64,000 nucleotides of DNA from assembly GCA_951406725.2 (NCBI GenBank), contig OX597823.1, forward strand, positions 69,006,001 through 69,070,000, in the 5' to 3' direction. Positions 50,507-64,000 of the stretch are shown in pieces; positions within the stretch are counted from its first letter, which is position 1, and each line of letters opens with the position of its first letter. The notes below the pieces were generated by a model, which saw only the letters and a list, made by a program, of their open reading frames with translations, ran no database searches and was not told where the DNA came from. This stretch comes from Octopus vulgaris. Lineage: Eukaryota. Made by a program: the position numbers and the translations under genes.

Positions 50507-50916
50507 AAGGCGGTGAGCTGGCAGAAACGTTAACATGCTGGGCGAAATGCGTAGCTGTATTTCGTTTGCCATTACGTTCTGAGTTCAAATTCCACCGAGG
50601 TCGACTTTGCCTTTCATCCTTTTTGGGGTAGATTAAATAAGTACCAGTTACGCACTGGGGTCGATATAATCGACTTAATCCGTGTGTCTGTCCTTGTTTG
50701 TCCCCTCTGTATTTAGCCCCTTCTGGGTAGTAAAGAAATGGGTATTTCGTCTGCTGTTATGTTCTGAGTTCAAATTCTGCCAAGGTTAACTTTGCCTTTC
50801 ATCCTTTCGGGGTCGATTAAATAAGTACCAGTTACGCACTGGGGTCGATATAATCGACTTAATCCGTTTGTCTGTCCTTGTTTGTCCTCTCTGTGTTTAG
50901 CCCCTTGTGGGTAGTA
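50507..50916 (+). mobile_element. tRNA-derived SINE with Nin/Deu-like domain, head-to-tail dimer (period about 185)
   Basis: GAGTTCAAATTC B box and GCCTTTCATCCTTTCGGGGTCGATTAAATAAGTACC, each present twice. Confidence 0.8.
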
Positions 50917-51915
50917 TTCCATCCTTTTGCATGAGAATGACTTTGAATGTTCATTTCTGTACTTATCAAGAAGATACTTCACTCAATATACTTGGTTTCG
51001 CTTGGTTCAATTATATGGCATGTTGTTATTGCCAGTCTGTTATTGGCATCTTCTTTAAGATGCATCTGTACCAGAGGATGCAACACCACCAGTTGTATAG
51101 TATCCCACTTGCAAGGGACCAATGAAATATGGGTCAAAACAATCACTGTGATGAATAAAGACTCTTGAATTCCCTTTTCCATTTCCCTCATTCGTTATAA
51201 ATTCAATGAACACTGTGGAATTTCTGGGTTAGATCCAGTGAGACTTATATCAACACTATGGATAACATCAGGTAGCCTAAACAATGAAAGTTCTTTAATT
51301 GGCATACTACCAGCTGTATACCCAAATTTCTATGTAATTACTTGTGTGTGTGTGCACGCGTGCACACATATTTATACTTTAAAGAATGTTGTGTAAGAAC
51401 GGATATATATATATTAATGTACAATGTAAACTATTGTAATTTATTTTGTATCTTCTTGTGTTGCTCCACCCTTACACAACAACTATCTATAAAGTTATAC
51501 CACAAAATGTTTCACTAAAGCTACCTCATTTTAACATACACACACATATATAGGTATAAAATCGATTTTCTGGAATGTTTGATTACAAAGCTTTTCCAGA
51601 TTACTGATTATTCCAAACAAGGAGTGGTCAACTGTAAATTAAACAAATGCATGAAATTGACTGGAATTACATTAGTATAAATAAGTGGTTCCCAATCTGT
51701 GGTCCGCAGACTCCTGATGGTCCGCTAAAGTAGTACTCGGGATCTGCCAGCATGTTAAGCTGTCAGACTTTTCAACATACTAGGAGATGTGGCTATCCAC
51801 TAAACTAGTCTAACAGCTGAGGAAATTAAAGTTCTTCATAAATTGATATGAACTATTAGAGGTTCTGGATATGTGTATATGTATGCTTATGGCTTGATGC
51901 CAGTATAAACTAGCC

Positions 51916-52000
<85 letters not shown>

Positions 52001-52050
52001 GTATATATATGACAGAGTTTGTGTGTGTGCATATTTCTTATGGATATAGG

Positions 52051-52084
<34 letters not shown>

Positions 52085-52754
52085 AAACGTAACTTAGAGT
52101 AAACTTCCAAGTTAAAAAAAAAATTCAAGTGTGCACTGGGAATCTCTAATTCATCAACTGAAAAATCTACCAACATGTTCAGATACCATTCAGAATGATA
52201 CATCTGTTGTGAATATCTCCTGCCATAAGGAGAACTATTGTTTTGTAGTATGGTGATAATAAAATGAGAATATAAAATTAATCTTCTACAACCAATCAAT
52301 GTTCTATAAATGTGTAGATCAGTGATAGCTTTTTGTTTTGCATTCATTGTAACTCTTAGATCGTGGCTATTTTTATACATGCTGCTGCCTAAAGAACAAA
52401 CCACAGTTGTATCTGTGCATGAAGGACGTTTCCTATCTTGATGCATTTCTATATTAGGAACATAGTATTCTTAACTTTCTGCTTGAATTGCTGTAATTAT
52501 ATCTTTTGTTTCTCGCACAATCTCTATCAAAAACTCTATTTCTAGTTCCTTCTTAGCTTGAATTGCAAGGCAATATCCAATCTTTTTTGTTGAGTTCCTC
52601 ATTAGTCTTTCTTTACTTAATTCTGCATTTTGTAAACAATAGTCTCGTTAGTGAGAGGTTTTCAACAAATTATTTGGTTTTCACAGCATTTCGCACAGTA
52701 AAAATAAAAAGTGAGGATCTAAATCGATGCAGAAAATCTCTCTAAGAAAATCTA

Positions 52755-53014
52755 TCTCACATACACTTCACAAATGTTTTTCATTGCTTCTGTAGCGATT
52801 CTTTCCTTTCAAAACTCATACAGTAGGCAATGGCGAATATGTTATTTCATAACGTTCTTATCCTCCATGGGGTTAATTACCAAAACAACTATGAATGACA
52901 CACAACCAGATAGAATAGATGATATACTATCACTAGACAATTCCCATCTGAGGTAACTGATTGATTCATATTTTATAGTGGTGAAAAAATGCAATTACTT
53001 TCCGAACATCCTAA
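52755..53014 (-). mobile_element. mariner 5' fragment
   Basis: TIR TTAGGATGTTCGGAAAGTAATTGCATTTT flanked by TA; MEDKNVMK*HIRHCLLYEF*KERIATEAMKNICEVY is a mariner N-terminal HTH. Confidence 0.8.
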
Positions 53015-53250
53015 TACATTGACACACAAATACACACATACATGCATTTAGGCCACATCAACCTAGTAGCAAATTTTGCATATGCTGTGGGTACCACAAT
53101 ATTCAAGGACCTTCAGATTAAATGTGTGCTACCTATGAGTTCTATTTAAATGGTTTTGTATATGCTCAATCATTATATTTTCTTCAACTTTTAAAAAACG
53201 GTTGGTTGCTTAAATAACTGGAATATTTCCTTGACAGAATGCTCTTTAAA

Positions 53251-53522
53251 TGCTTCTTTAATTCAAATTTTTTAAAAGTTTAACTCAGAAGCTTATATAA
53301 GTACTTTGCAAGTGCTAGCATTGAAAACCATTTTTTTTTTATTGCTTATTGTTGTAATGAATTTAGGAGAATGAGGCCTTTGTTGTATTTCATAATGATG
53401 ATGATTAGTTCTTCTCATAATGGAAATTATTTGAAGAAGTTTTAAGTACTGGTTAAATTTGACCTTTTTCTGGCAGAATATATAGACACTTATGCAAATA
53501 AAAGCAGGAGACATAAATCATA
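53251..53522 (+). repeat. About 265-bp segment duplicated at 55775-56036
   Basis: Colinear copies with scattered substitutions and small indels. Confidence 0.92.
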
Positions 53523-54931
53523 AAAGAAACTGAATGGCAATGATGAATTAGCAAACTTTGCTTATGTCAGATGCTAATTAATAGACGTACTATTCTATTT
53601 CTCTATTTTAATCCATCAAATTCATTATACACTAATTGAGGTTTATTATTTTTCTTATACATTGGTGGAGTGAGTCAAATTATTACTAATTTAATCGTCA
53701 TGATGTTAGACCCATGATAATAAGGTTAACCAACTTTGCAGGGGAATAAGAATTCCAATAACCCATTTGCATAAGCACATGATTAAAGGTGACACAGTAG
53801 GTGATCAGTATGTAAAACATGTTTATTGTGCTAAGAATTCATTTGATACCGTCTGATATCTGCCATCCATTCACACTTACACACCTACAGTTTTCGGCTT
53901 GTGTGGTATTCACAATGGCTGTCAGTAAATCTCAATATCAGTCATTAAGGTATGTTTTTTCCAGCTAATCTATTTGTGCATGGAGAAGTCTATGTAACTC
54001 TGTTGGAAACTATACAAGGTGATGCAGATTTAATAATAGTGGTGGTGGTGGTGGTGGTGGCAGTTGACCAAACCAAAGAAACTGTTTCCATTGGTGTTTC
54101 AAATTGCTGATTCTGTATATTGGTCACAACTCTTGGGAGCAAATGTCACCGTTTTTCAATGATGAGGTAAAATTTGAACTCAGAATGCACAATACCAAAA
54201 TAGACACATAAGGCATTCAACCTGATGCTTTAACAATTCTATCAATTCAGTGTCCTGTAGTGTACTGTTTTAATAAAAACCCTGAAAGAAGGAAAGGTAA
54301 CGCTGACTCTGGTAGGAATTGAACTCAGAGCATACAGAAATAAAACAAGTATTGAAAGGTATTCTAACATTCTAATGACTCTGCCTGTTTGCTGCCTTGG
54401 TATAGTGATAATATCAGAAAAAATTTACCAAAATTTTGTACACTGAATTTAGGCAGTTTAAATCATTCTTAGTGTTTGTATCATCCCGACACTTAATCCA
54501 GTTAAATTTGTAAGTACATGTTTTAGTATGTATTGGTCTTTTTTATATCCTATGTATTTATAATCAACAAACTGCAGTCAAACAAAATGAAAGCAAAGTG
54601 ACTTGTGTACATTATGTTAAGGTTTCATATCAAGAGAGAATATGTAAATAGCACATCTTAGTTGCTTTACTAACACTAATATATTTTAATGAATTCATGC
54701 AATGTTGTAGCTTTTGATCTTATGTTTTTAGGTTTGCTTTTAAAAAAAAAAATCTAGATCACAAGGAATAGAGTTCAGTCATTCCAATTTGATGCAAAGT
54801 AATTTATGGCATTTCATATGTTGACATTAAAAACAAAATTGTTTAACATCAACATAGAAAATAAAATTGATTAGTAGAAAGGGATTGTAGGTTTGTAGTA
54901 CAGTTAGAGTTTGGTAGTTACGAGATATTTA

Positions 54932-55328
54932 CTCTTTTACTTGTTTCAGTCATTTGACTGTGAGCATGCTGGATACCGCCTTTAGTCGAGTAATTTGACC
55001 CCCGGACTTATTCTTTGTAAGCCTAGTACTTATTCTATTGGTCTCTTTTGCCGAACCGCTAAGTTACGGGGACGTAAACACACCAGCATCGGTTGTCAAG
55101 CGATGTTGGGGGGACAAACACAGACACACAAACATACACGCACACACACATATATATATGTACATATATACAATGGGCTTCTTTCAGTTTCCGTCTACCA
55201 AATCTACTCATAAAGCTTTGGTCGGCCTGAGGCTATAGTAGAAGACACTTGCCGAAGGTGCTGCGCAGTGGGACTGAACCATGTGATTGGTAAGCAAGCT
55301 ACTTACCACACAGCCACTCCTACGCCTT
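54932..55328 (-). mobile_element. SINE family A
   Basis: Matches 43320-43731. Confidence 0.9.
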
Positions 55329-56929
55329 ATTTGTTAATAAAAGTTAATAAAAGTTATTTCATACCTGAATTCCTGTTGAAATATGTCACACATTTTTGAA
55401 TCTTTTTAAGTTGGAAGCCTTACCAGAGTTTCTAAAAGGTTTCTATAAGGCTAACTATTTTCCACTTCTAAGCTGCCATCATTTATGGATAATCTTCTAA
55501 ATATCACAAACATGTCAATTAGCAAATAATTATCAAACTTTAGGTAAGAAAAATAGCCAATTCCTTGCATTCTTTTTTATTACTATCCCATGTTAGGTAA
55601 TCTATAGACATTAGTCTTTCAAATATGCAGCTGGAGTCATACACTTTGATAAAATAGCCAGGTTAAACTTCACCTAAAGACAAAGAGTGCTTTAAAAATG
55701 TATACTACTCATTGACTTGTGACATTACTCAGTTCAGACAAAACTACACATGAATTTGGTCTACTAATGAAAATTGCTTCTTTAATTCAAATTTTTTAAA
55801 AGTTTAACTCAGAAGCTTATATAAGTACTTTGCAAGTGCAAGCATTGTAAACCTCTTTTTGCTTATTGTTGTAATGATTTTAGGAGAATGAGGCCTTTGT
55901 TGCATTTCATAATGATGATTAGTTCTTCTCATAATGGAAATTATTTGAAGAAGTTATAAGTACTGGTTAAATTTGACCGTTTTCTGGCAGAATATATAGA
56001 TACTTATGCAAATAAATACAGGAGATATAAATCATATTTAAAACAACATGTGAGAAAATCCATCAATCTGACTGAGTCCTGTATCGTAGATCACATATTC
56101 TGTGAGGTAAAGAAACACAAGTGTTATTCTCTTTCAACGGATTCTACCTATTCAGGTTTTAACAGTACCAGTTAACTTTGTACTCTATGTTTTTCATCTG
56201 AACCATTTAAAAGGTTTTTGAGGTGTTTAGATATAGTGAACAGATCACTTTAAGTCTATTTGATTATCTAAAGTATTTGTTATAAAAAACTTCTGCACTC
56301 AAAGTTATGATAATGGATTTGTACACAAATTTTTCAGCTTCTACTTATCTGTGGGCTATCGTTTCTGTTCTGTTATCTAATGGTAGGCTCATTTATTTGT
56401 TGTAAAAAGAATACCAGATATCAGATTACAAGTTCATATAGATGCGCTTTTTCTGCAATATAGCAAATATGGCTGGCATGCACAAATACATACATAATTA
56501 CATTTTTTTTCTCAGGTTTAAAATGTGGCTTTGTTTTTGTTATCTACATTCCAACAATGGAGCTTTGTATCTTTGTTAGAAACCAGCACCTTCCTCAGAG
56601 GAAGAATATGAATAATTAAAAACAGTAGAGTACATTCAGCCATATATGTTATATGTGTATGTATATATGCTATATATGGTGTATATGTCATATATATGCT
56701 ATCAATAAACTAGTAGTGAAAGAACACGTTTATCAAGTGCTCACGTGTTATTCACAAATATTACCCCATTTTTCAGCTAGCACTAATGTAGCTTTCCCAC
56801 TTAGAGCCAATATTTCTTGATGCCCAACATAATAAGTTGTATGTGTACAACAGTTCATGCTACAGGGACTATTCACAAATAACGACTGGTGATAAGTAGA
56901 AAATATATTGACAGTCAATATTTTCTACA

Positions 56930-57270
56930 CATGTATTAAGGGAACCTAATGGACGTTGTCATGTAAGTAAATTGATTAAATACCGGATCAATAATCATAT
57001 CTAAGGGACATTCTCAGGTATCTATGGTGAAATTAACACCAGCAATGATCACATCTAAGGGAGTTTCTCAGATATCTAAATTAATTAACAACAGCAATAA
57101 CTTTATATAAGAGATGTTCTTGGGTGCTTAAAATAAATAATAATAAGAACAACAATAACCACATCTAAAGAACATTCTTGGGTACCTAAGTTGATTGATA
57201 ACAGAAATAGTCACATCTAAAGGTTGCGTTTTGGTACCTGAATTGATGAATTGATTAATAACAGTAATAA
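56930..57270 (+). repeat. Degenerate minisatellite, unit about 54 bp, 5-6 copies
   Basis: ATCTAAGGG..TTCTCAGGTATCTA-like motif at about 57000, 57054, 57107, 57163, 57214. Confidence 0.75.
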
Positions 57271-57560
57271 GGCATGATGTTGGGTGACAAAATTGATTAT
57301 TGTCAATAACCACAACGTACATGTAGGACAACTCAAATCAAGGAAGAAGCATTTCCTAACCAATATTTCATTTTTACCGAAGCAAATTATAGTCAATTAT
57401 ATGAGAGACACTGCTGAATATTTTTCTCAAATTTCACCTAAAGATATTTTGAATGCAATTCATTTTATTATCTTTCTAATAATAATTATCTTCATTTATA
57501 ATATATCCCCCCACCACTATCCAACCCTGCTCCTCTTCCCATCCCTGCTTCTAGTAACAT

Positions 57561-57965
57561 ATGCACAGAATGGCACATGTTATTAGTTCCATGGTTTTGG
57601 GTTCAGTTCCACTGCATGGCATCTTGGGAAAGTGACTTCTACCATGACATTTGGCCAATAACACCTTGTAAGTAGGTTTGGTAGACAGAAACTGAAAATA
57701 ATCTATTGTATGCATATCCATGTGTGTATATGTATGTGTGTGTGTGTTTGTGTTTGTTTCCCACCACTGCTTAACAGCTTATATTTGTATATGTATCTGT
57801 AACAGCTAATATTTGTTTATGGTTTGGCATTAAAGATCAATAGCATAAGTACCAGACTTAACAGAAAAATATTTATGTAAGTAATGATGACAATTTGTTT
57901 GACTAAAACTCTTCAAGGCAGTGCCCCAGCATGGTCACTGTCCAATGAGTGGAACAAGTGAAAAA
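57561..57965 (+). mobile_element. SINE family A, old copy
   Basis: GGGTTCAGTTCC, CTTGGGAAAGTG and CCAGCATGGTCAC tail. Confidence 0.78.
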
Positions 57966-59380
57966 TGATCCCCCTCTATACCTACAACAGATTAGTTATC
58001 TATAATAATCTTTCAATAACTTAAACATTACAATTACAAAATACAAAATGTTCCTAAATGTAGAATTGCTAAATTGATAATTTCCTACTTAACAAAATAT
58101 ACAAAAATAACATATTTTGTGAGATTATTGGAAGAATTTTATTCAATTCACAAAAGAGTTGATTTTTATTTTCTTACTATTTGTTTAATTTCATTACTTA
58201 ATTGAACAACCTCAAATTAGAATTTTTAAATCACGGTCTATGTCTCATTAATTAGCAAACCAAAATAAATCAGATTTTATATATATTCTCCAAGTGACTC
58301 AATGTCCATGTTTTCACGTCTTTATATTTGTCTTTAATAGGTCATTGTGTTACCAGTAAAGCATTTTTATATATGTGTAATGCTCAGAGAGCAAATCAAC
58401 CTGGCTATTGTCAATGGCCATAAAATGAAATGAAATTGCTAAGCCAGGAATTAAGATTTTATCTTAGACTTTGCAAGCCAAGGAACTTAATACCATAATA
58501 AAACCTCAATCATCATTTTATTGTAGATTTAATGGCTATTTTTTTTCCATGCTGGCATATCACTACTCCTGAAGAAACCTGTATATGGAAGCTGCACATT
58601 CTCATACACGAACGCACACACACACACACACACGTGCATATATTCCAATACATATGTAAATGTATAAAGAACCAGTAGTCACTTGTGAGTATAACATGGT
58701 GGCATGTACCATCTGTTCACTAATTGTCTCAAATACCTGTAGAGCTGTAAGCAGTCATAGAAACCTACGCAGTCTGTGTGTGTGTGTGTGAGAGAGAGAG
58801 AATGTGTGTGTGTGTTTGTGTGTGCATGTATGTATATATGTTTATGTGTGTGAGTATATGCATGTGTGTGTGTGTGTGTGGTTGTATATACACATACGAT
58901 AAATAAAGTAAAAATATTTCGTTTTTGGATTTGGTTTGCAAGATTCTTTATGTGAGTTCATGTGTTGAAGCATATTCTGTTGTGTCTGGGGAGAGTCAAG
59001 ACTATTGAAAAGGTTGCAAGATGCAATGAAAATTTTAGGAAAATAAAATCATGAAATAAGTGGAAATTTTACCTGTGAGTGTGTTGAATTATAAGGCACA
59101 AAAAGAAAATGACTCTCCCCAGATACAACAAAGTAAAAATAAGCTGGGGAGAAATAAATCAGTGGGCCAGCAGCATTTATTTGAATAACAATGATGAATT
59201 AGTTTCTAGTATATATCATGATTTATTGAAATTATCTTCACTTCTAGAATAGGTAGAAGAAATGTTTGGTAGCATTTTGGAAAGAATAAATGAGAAAGGG
59301 AAATAATTTCAAGAAACAGGAATTCTCCAAAACTGAAATGCCATTAAAAATAAGACTGATTGTTTAGAAACAAAAGGATA

Positions 59381-59425
59381 GCTGTGGAAATATGTTTCTG
59401 CCCAAACAGGCATCATCAGTACAGC
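59381..59425 (-). ncRNA. Type I hammerhead motif (slightly degenerate)
   Basis: GCTGTA-CTGATGA-TGCCT[GTTT]GGGCA-GAAA-CATAT-TTC-CACAGC. Confidence 0.68.
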
Positions 59426-59645
59426 AGTTGTTTTGTTTCCAATAGAATGAGATGCTTTGGTATAAAAAATAGAGTATGGCCTATGAAATTTCTGTAAATG
59501 AGTCGAGTATGAGCAACAACCAATAACTCACAAAGGCCAGTTGCAAATATTTGAACAACAAAGAGGAATAGAGTATATTTCATACCATATGAAATATACT
59601 CTATTCTCTGGAAAATTCTTGCTGCTAGAGATTTCTGCCCTTCTA

Positions 59646-59736
<91 letters not shown>

Positions 59737-60029
59737 TGTAAGTGTAAGTGTCTGTGTGAATGTATATATCTTTTATCTTTTACCTGTTTCAATCATTAGA
59801 CTATGGCCATGTTGGGGCACCACCTTGAAGGGTTTTAGTTCAAAGATTTCTGCTACTCAATGGTCTGTAAAGGCTGTAAGATATGACATGGAGAACTGGA
59901 ATGGAGACTGCAAAGTTGCAACTGGCAGGAAGGGTCACAGCAAGCATTTTGACTATGTCTGCATGCTGGAATCCATCTACCCCCATGCATATTTGAATAG
60001 GGCCTTAGGCTTAACTTAGACATTTATAT

Positions 60030-61008
60030 GAAGCTGCTGGAGACTATGGTCAAACCCAGGCTGGAGAAGGTTGATGCTGGAAAGCCATGGGAGTTAGGCA
60101 CCTTGCCATACTTCTAGGAAAAATCAGAAGTTTCTATGACTTCTTACTGGCTTCTTAATTCCCTTGATTATAATCCTATGGATTTCTGTGTGTGGGTGCA
60201 GTTGAGAAAACACTAACTGCACTGCTTGCAACACCAAGGCTAGCCAAGTGGGTAGCCAAGATCACAGAGGTTTTTGAAGATCTTCTCACAGACACTGTTA
60301 AGAACACATGCACCAGCTTCTTCCATGGCCTCAAGACGTCTCCAGAACCTGGTTCTTCACCGTATACCTGGAAAGATCTTCAAACATCTTCTTCATCATG
60401 ATCACCAGCACAGATTTGATGCTGCAAATAGAGCAATTTGTGTCATTACCCATGGTATCTCACACACAGTAACCCATGGGATTACAATCAAGGAAATTAA
60501 GAGGCCAGAAAGTGCTGCTGGTGAAGTAGAAATTCTCTGATAACCACTTCTGACTCTTTCCAGAGGTGGGGCAAGGAGCCAAGTCCTGATGCCACACATG
60601 ACCTTTCAGTAGCAACCCACTTTACATAGCTGCGTGAATGGAGCCGAAGGCCCTGTTCAAAGATGTGAGATGGCATGACACCACCCTCTCTAGAGACACA
60701 CCCAAAGGCCATCACCTGGCCATGAATTCGTAGTCTCTGTTGCAGCTGTCCATATCATACAGTATTGTCTGAGCATTGGACAGCAGTCATGATGTCAGCA
60801 TTTTGATACCCAGCACAAATCATCATGATACAGATGACTCTCTTCCAATATTCAAATGGCTTCAAGTCCTCTATGCCAGCTAACATTTTCTCAACTACAA
60901 CTTTAAACTTTATGCTCTTCAATGCCATTGACTATTCATCAATACATGAAGCCGTTCCTGAAAAAAGGGGAGACATAAAAATTTATCAAATTTAGCACAA
61001 ACACCCTG
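60030..61008. mobile_element. Two DD37D/maT-like transposase remnants in convergent orientation (+ 60030-60395; - 60400-61008)
   Basis: Plus strand ..NSLDYNPMDFCV; minus strand FGCVSREGGVMPSHIFEQGLRL, HQDLAPCPTS; TIR end ..CACCCTG-TA at 61008. Confidence 0.72.
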
Positions 61009-61029
61009 TATATGTATATATATTATATC

Positions 61030-62325
61030 TTCTCTTATTTATCATGGCACTCCTGATAATAACAGTCACTCATGAGAACTCCTTTGTGCTGATAACCCTG
61101 TTTTTATTGCTGAAACTGTGGTAAAATTAGAAAACAAATTCCATGTGTGGAAGCACAATTTGGAATCAAAGGACCTTAAACTAAGCAAAGACTGAAGTTC
61201 TAGTAAGGAGGAAATCAAACTGGATGCTAATACTATCAGGTAAATGGCTGTGCTGGATATGTTTCAAAAGTGTAGAAAATTTCACACAATGTTCTCAGTG
61301 GATATTGTACTAACATAGGATATGCAGTACTACCACAAGAAAGTTAACAGAGAAAGCAGACTTTGTTTTTTGCAGATATGTAGAAACAATAAACACTGAC
61401 AACATACAATAAATAGAGTTCCTCAAAAACCCAGGTGTATCCTTAGATGTAATAGATATTTTCTGTTGTCCAGGTGATATAATTAGCAGTGGAGGTGGAT
61501 GTTCTCAAAGAATAGTTACTAGAATGAGAAATAAATGGAGAACATTCAGAGAGTTATTACTTGAACAGCAATGTTGTATAGTTGTGAAAAACTTGGGCAG
61601 TAAATGCAGGTGACATGCAAAAACTAGAAAGAAATGAAACAAGCATGCTTCACTGGATGACCAAAGTCAGTGTACATGTACTATAAAGTATAAAGTGCTG
61701 AGAGAAAAATTTGGCATAAGAGGCATCAGATGTGGTGTGTAAGAGAGAAGACTGCACTTATATGGTCATGTGATGTGGAAGGATGTAGACAGCTGCATAA
61801 AGCAGTGCTGATTACTTAATGTAGATAAAATGTGTATACCATTCATTGGGTCTACCACTCTCCATCTCTAACCATTGTCACTCTCCCTTCACACTTTTAC
61901 AAACTTATCTACCCACCCTACTTTGTCAATCTTCTAACCCTATTTCCTTTCTTATATTCAGTATCCTTGAGGATACAATCTCACCAATTTTTCTCCCTTT
62001 CTTGCTGGGACAGTCATGTATCTCCTCTTCAATTAGTTGCCTTTTCCTGTCCTTTCATCATATTTCAATATTTCACCACTTGATATTTAACCACCTCTCT
62101 CAATACTACACTCTGACTCAGTTGAAGGGTTATTTGGTGACCTTGCTAATACTGCTACTTTGAAAAAAAGTTATTCATTACCCTCTGTGAAATATTTGGC
62201 TTTAGTAAGGATATCCAGCCATAGTAACCATGCCAAGCAGACATCTGAGTTCAGTGCAGTCCTCTGCAGTTCCTGTCAAATGTCCAACCCATATCAGCAT
62301 GGAAAATGAATGTTAAACGATGATC
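61030..62325 (+). mobile_element. Old RTE LINE 3' half (same lineage as 15852-20595)
   Basis: Decayed ELLCADN, SGKWLCWIC (PHD), SSGGGCS, LERNETSML, GIRCGV; RTE tail at 62205-62325. Confidence 0.82.
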
Positions 62326-63318
62326 ACACTTCTTATCATAATGATGATTTTAAATATATAATCATATATATTCATACATAAATATATGTCCAGATATATA
62401 CACAAACATTATACATATATAAGTATAATTGCATACATGTTTCCATACATACATACATACATACATACATACACACATACATACATGCATATACATATGT
62501 GCATACACACATGCAAATATGTATATGCGCATATATATATATTTAGATGAGTATGTATATACATATATTATATGCATACAGACCATGCACACATACATAC
62601 ACATATGTGTATGCGTCTACATATGAAGCATATAATTTTGTTTGTAATCCTGTTCATTTCCTCAGGGAACATGAACTTCTACGAATGTATTTACTTTGTG
62701 TCAAGTGCTCAGCTATTTTTTGCCTTTTCAATGTTTTTCTATTATATTTATATTTTATACGCTATATTTACTCTGTTTTATTTTTTTATTTTTGTTTTAC
62801 ATGTGATCTTTTATTTACAATGTAGATTACTAGTTCAATAGCAAACGACAATACAACTGTTTGTTCTAAGCTGATAAAGTGCAGATTAGTTGGTTACAAG
62901 AACACTTAATTGGTAATCAGATGATGGCTTTCTTAAATGGTTATCATTTCAAGTAGCAACCTAACATGACCTGACGGCACCAGGTTGTTACTTTCACTTT
63001 CGTTTTTCCCATCTCATTGATATGCTTGCATACTTGTATAAATACATATATGTGCTGTACTCTTACTGGTTTCAGGTAATAAATGCAGTCATGCTGAAGC
63101 AACATCTTGAAAGGTTTTTTTGATTGATCGTATCAAAACTAGTAATTATATCAGTTGAGTAATCATTTTATCAATTTTTATTCATTGAAAGGATCAATTT
63201 ACTATTTAGTGTACTGCGATACAGATCAACGCACTATCTACACCAGTATGCAGGCAAGCAGCACACACATACATAGTTACATGAAAACAACGATGCATGT
63301 ATGTGTACATTGAGTGTA

Positions 63319-63353
<35 letters not shown>

Positions 63354-63468
63354 CATCATCATCATCATCATCATCATCATTATCCTGATAAGTTAGCATT
63401 TTGACCCAAAATACTGGCAGAATAAGTTCCATGCATGTGTATATATGCAATTATGTATATATATATGC

Positions 63469-63532
<64 letters not shown>

Positions 63533-63544
63533 ATGTATGTATGT

Positions 63545-63594
<50 letters not shown>

Positions 63595-64000
63595 ATACAA
63601 TCAATTTGAGGAAGTTATATCATCATTAGGGATTATATAATCCAAAATATTCCACTGGTTGATCTCTATCATAGAATGCAAAAGTCACAGGTATATGTAA
63701 GGGATTGTTGTAATTATATATATTTTCCTTCAATATTAATATATATATATATATACATATATATATACACCAGCATCCTTCAATGTTCACATGGATTAGA
63801 GGGTTGACAGAATCTGACAGAGGACTACATCATGTTTCAATATCTGCTTTGGCATAATTTCTACAATTGGGTGCTGTTCCTAACATTAGCCACTTTAGCA
63901 AGTGAACAGAATGCTTTTTACACGGCATCAGCACCCCATATAGTGCACGAGACTAAGATCCTCTACAACTGAGTGGAACTACAGTGGAGAGGGTGGCAAT

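Noticed and set aside
51683-51760. hAT/Charlie-like terminus AGTGGTTCCCAATCTGTGGTCCGC
   Set aside because: Partner TIR and 8-bp TSD not identified

Overview
AT-rich eukaryotic DNA dense in microsatellites, with no supportable host-gene exon. The SINE/LINE repertoire looks like Octopus (inference). Nearly all short ORFs in the track are translated (TA)n/(CA)n/(TATG)n repeats or antisense frames of transposons. Main content: (1) a young, apparently full-length RTE-clade LINE (15852-20595) with APE endonuclease, YADD reverse transcriptase, a C4HC3 PHD-type finger inserted in the RT region, tandem 5'UTR monomers and an overlapping upstream ORF; (2) two 5'-truncated CR1 LINEs, a 3'-truncated L1/Tx1-like ORF1 fragment, a non-autonomous Helitron, Tc1/mariner remnants (DD34E, DD34D, DD37D, DD41D), piggyBac-type MITEs and three tRNA-SINE families; (3) the most interesting signal, absent from the ORF track: about 8 recognisable (one truncated, several mutated) plus several degenerate type I hammerhead-ribozyme motifs. 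These lie in short Penelope-like remnants that sit in (TA)n tracts and often form inverted repeats, clustering at 42.4-47.8 kb. They include CCGAAGA core variants with long stem II. All folds were paired by eye and not computed.
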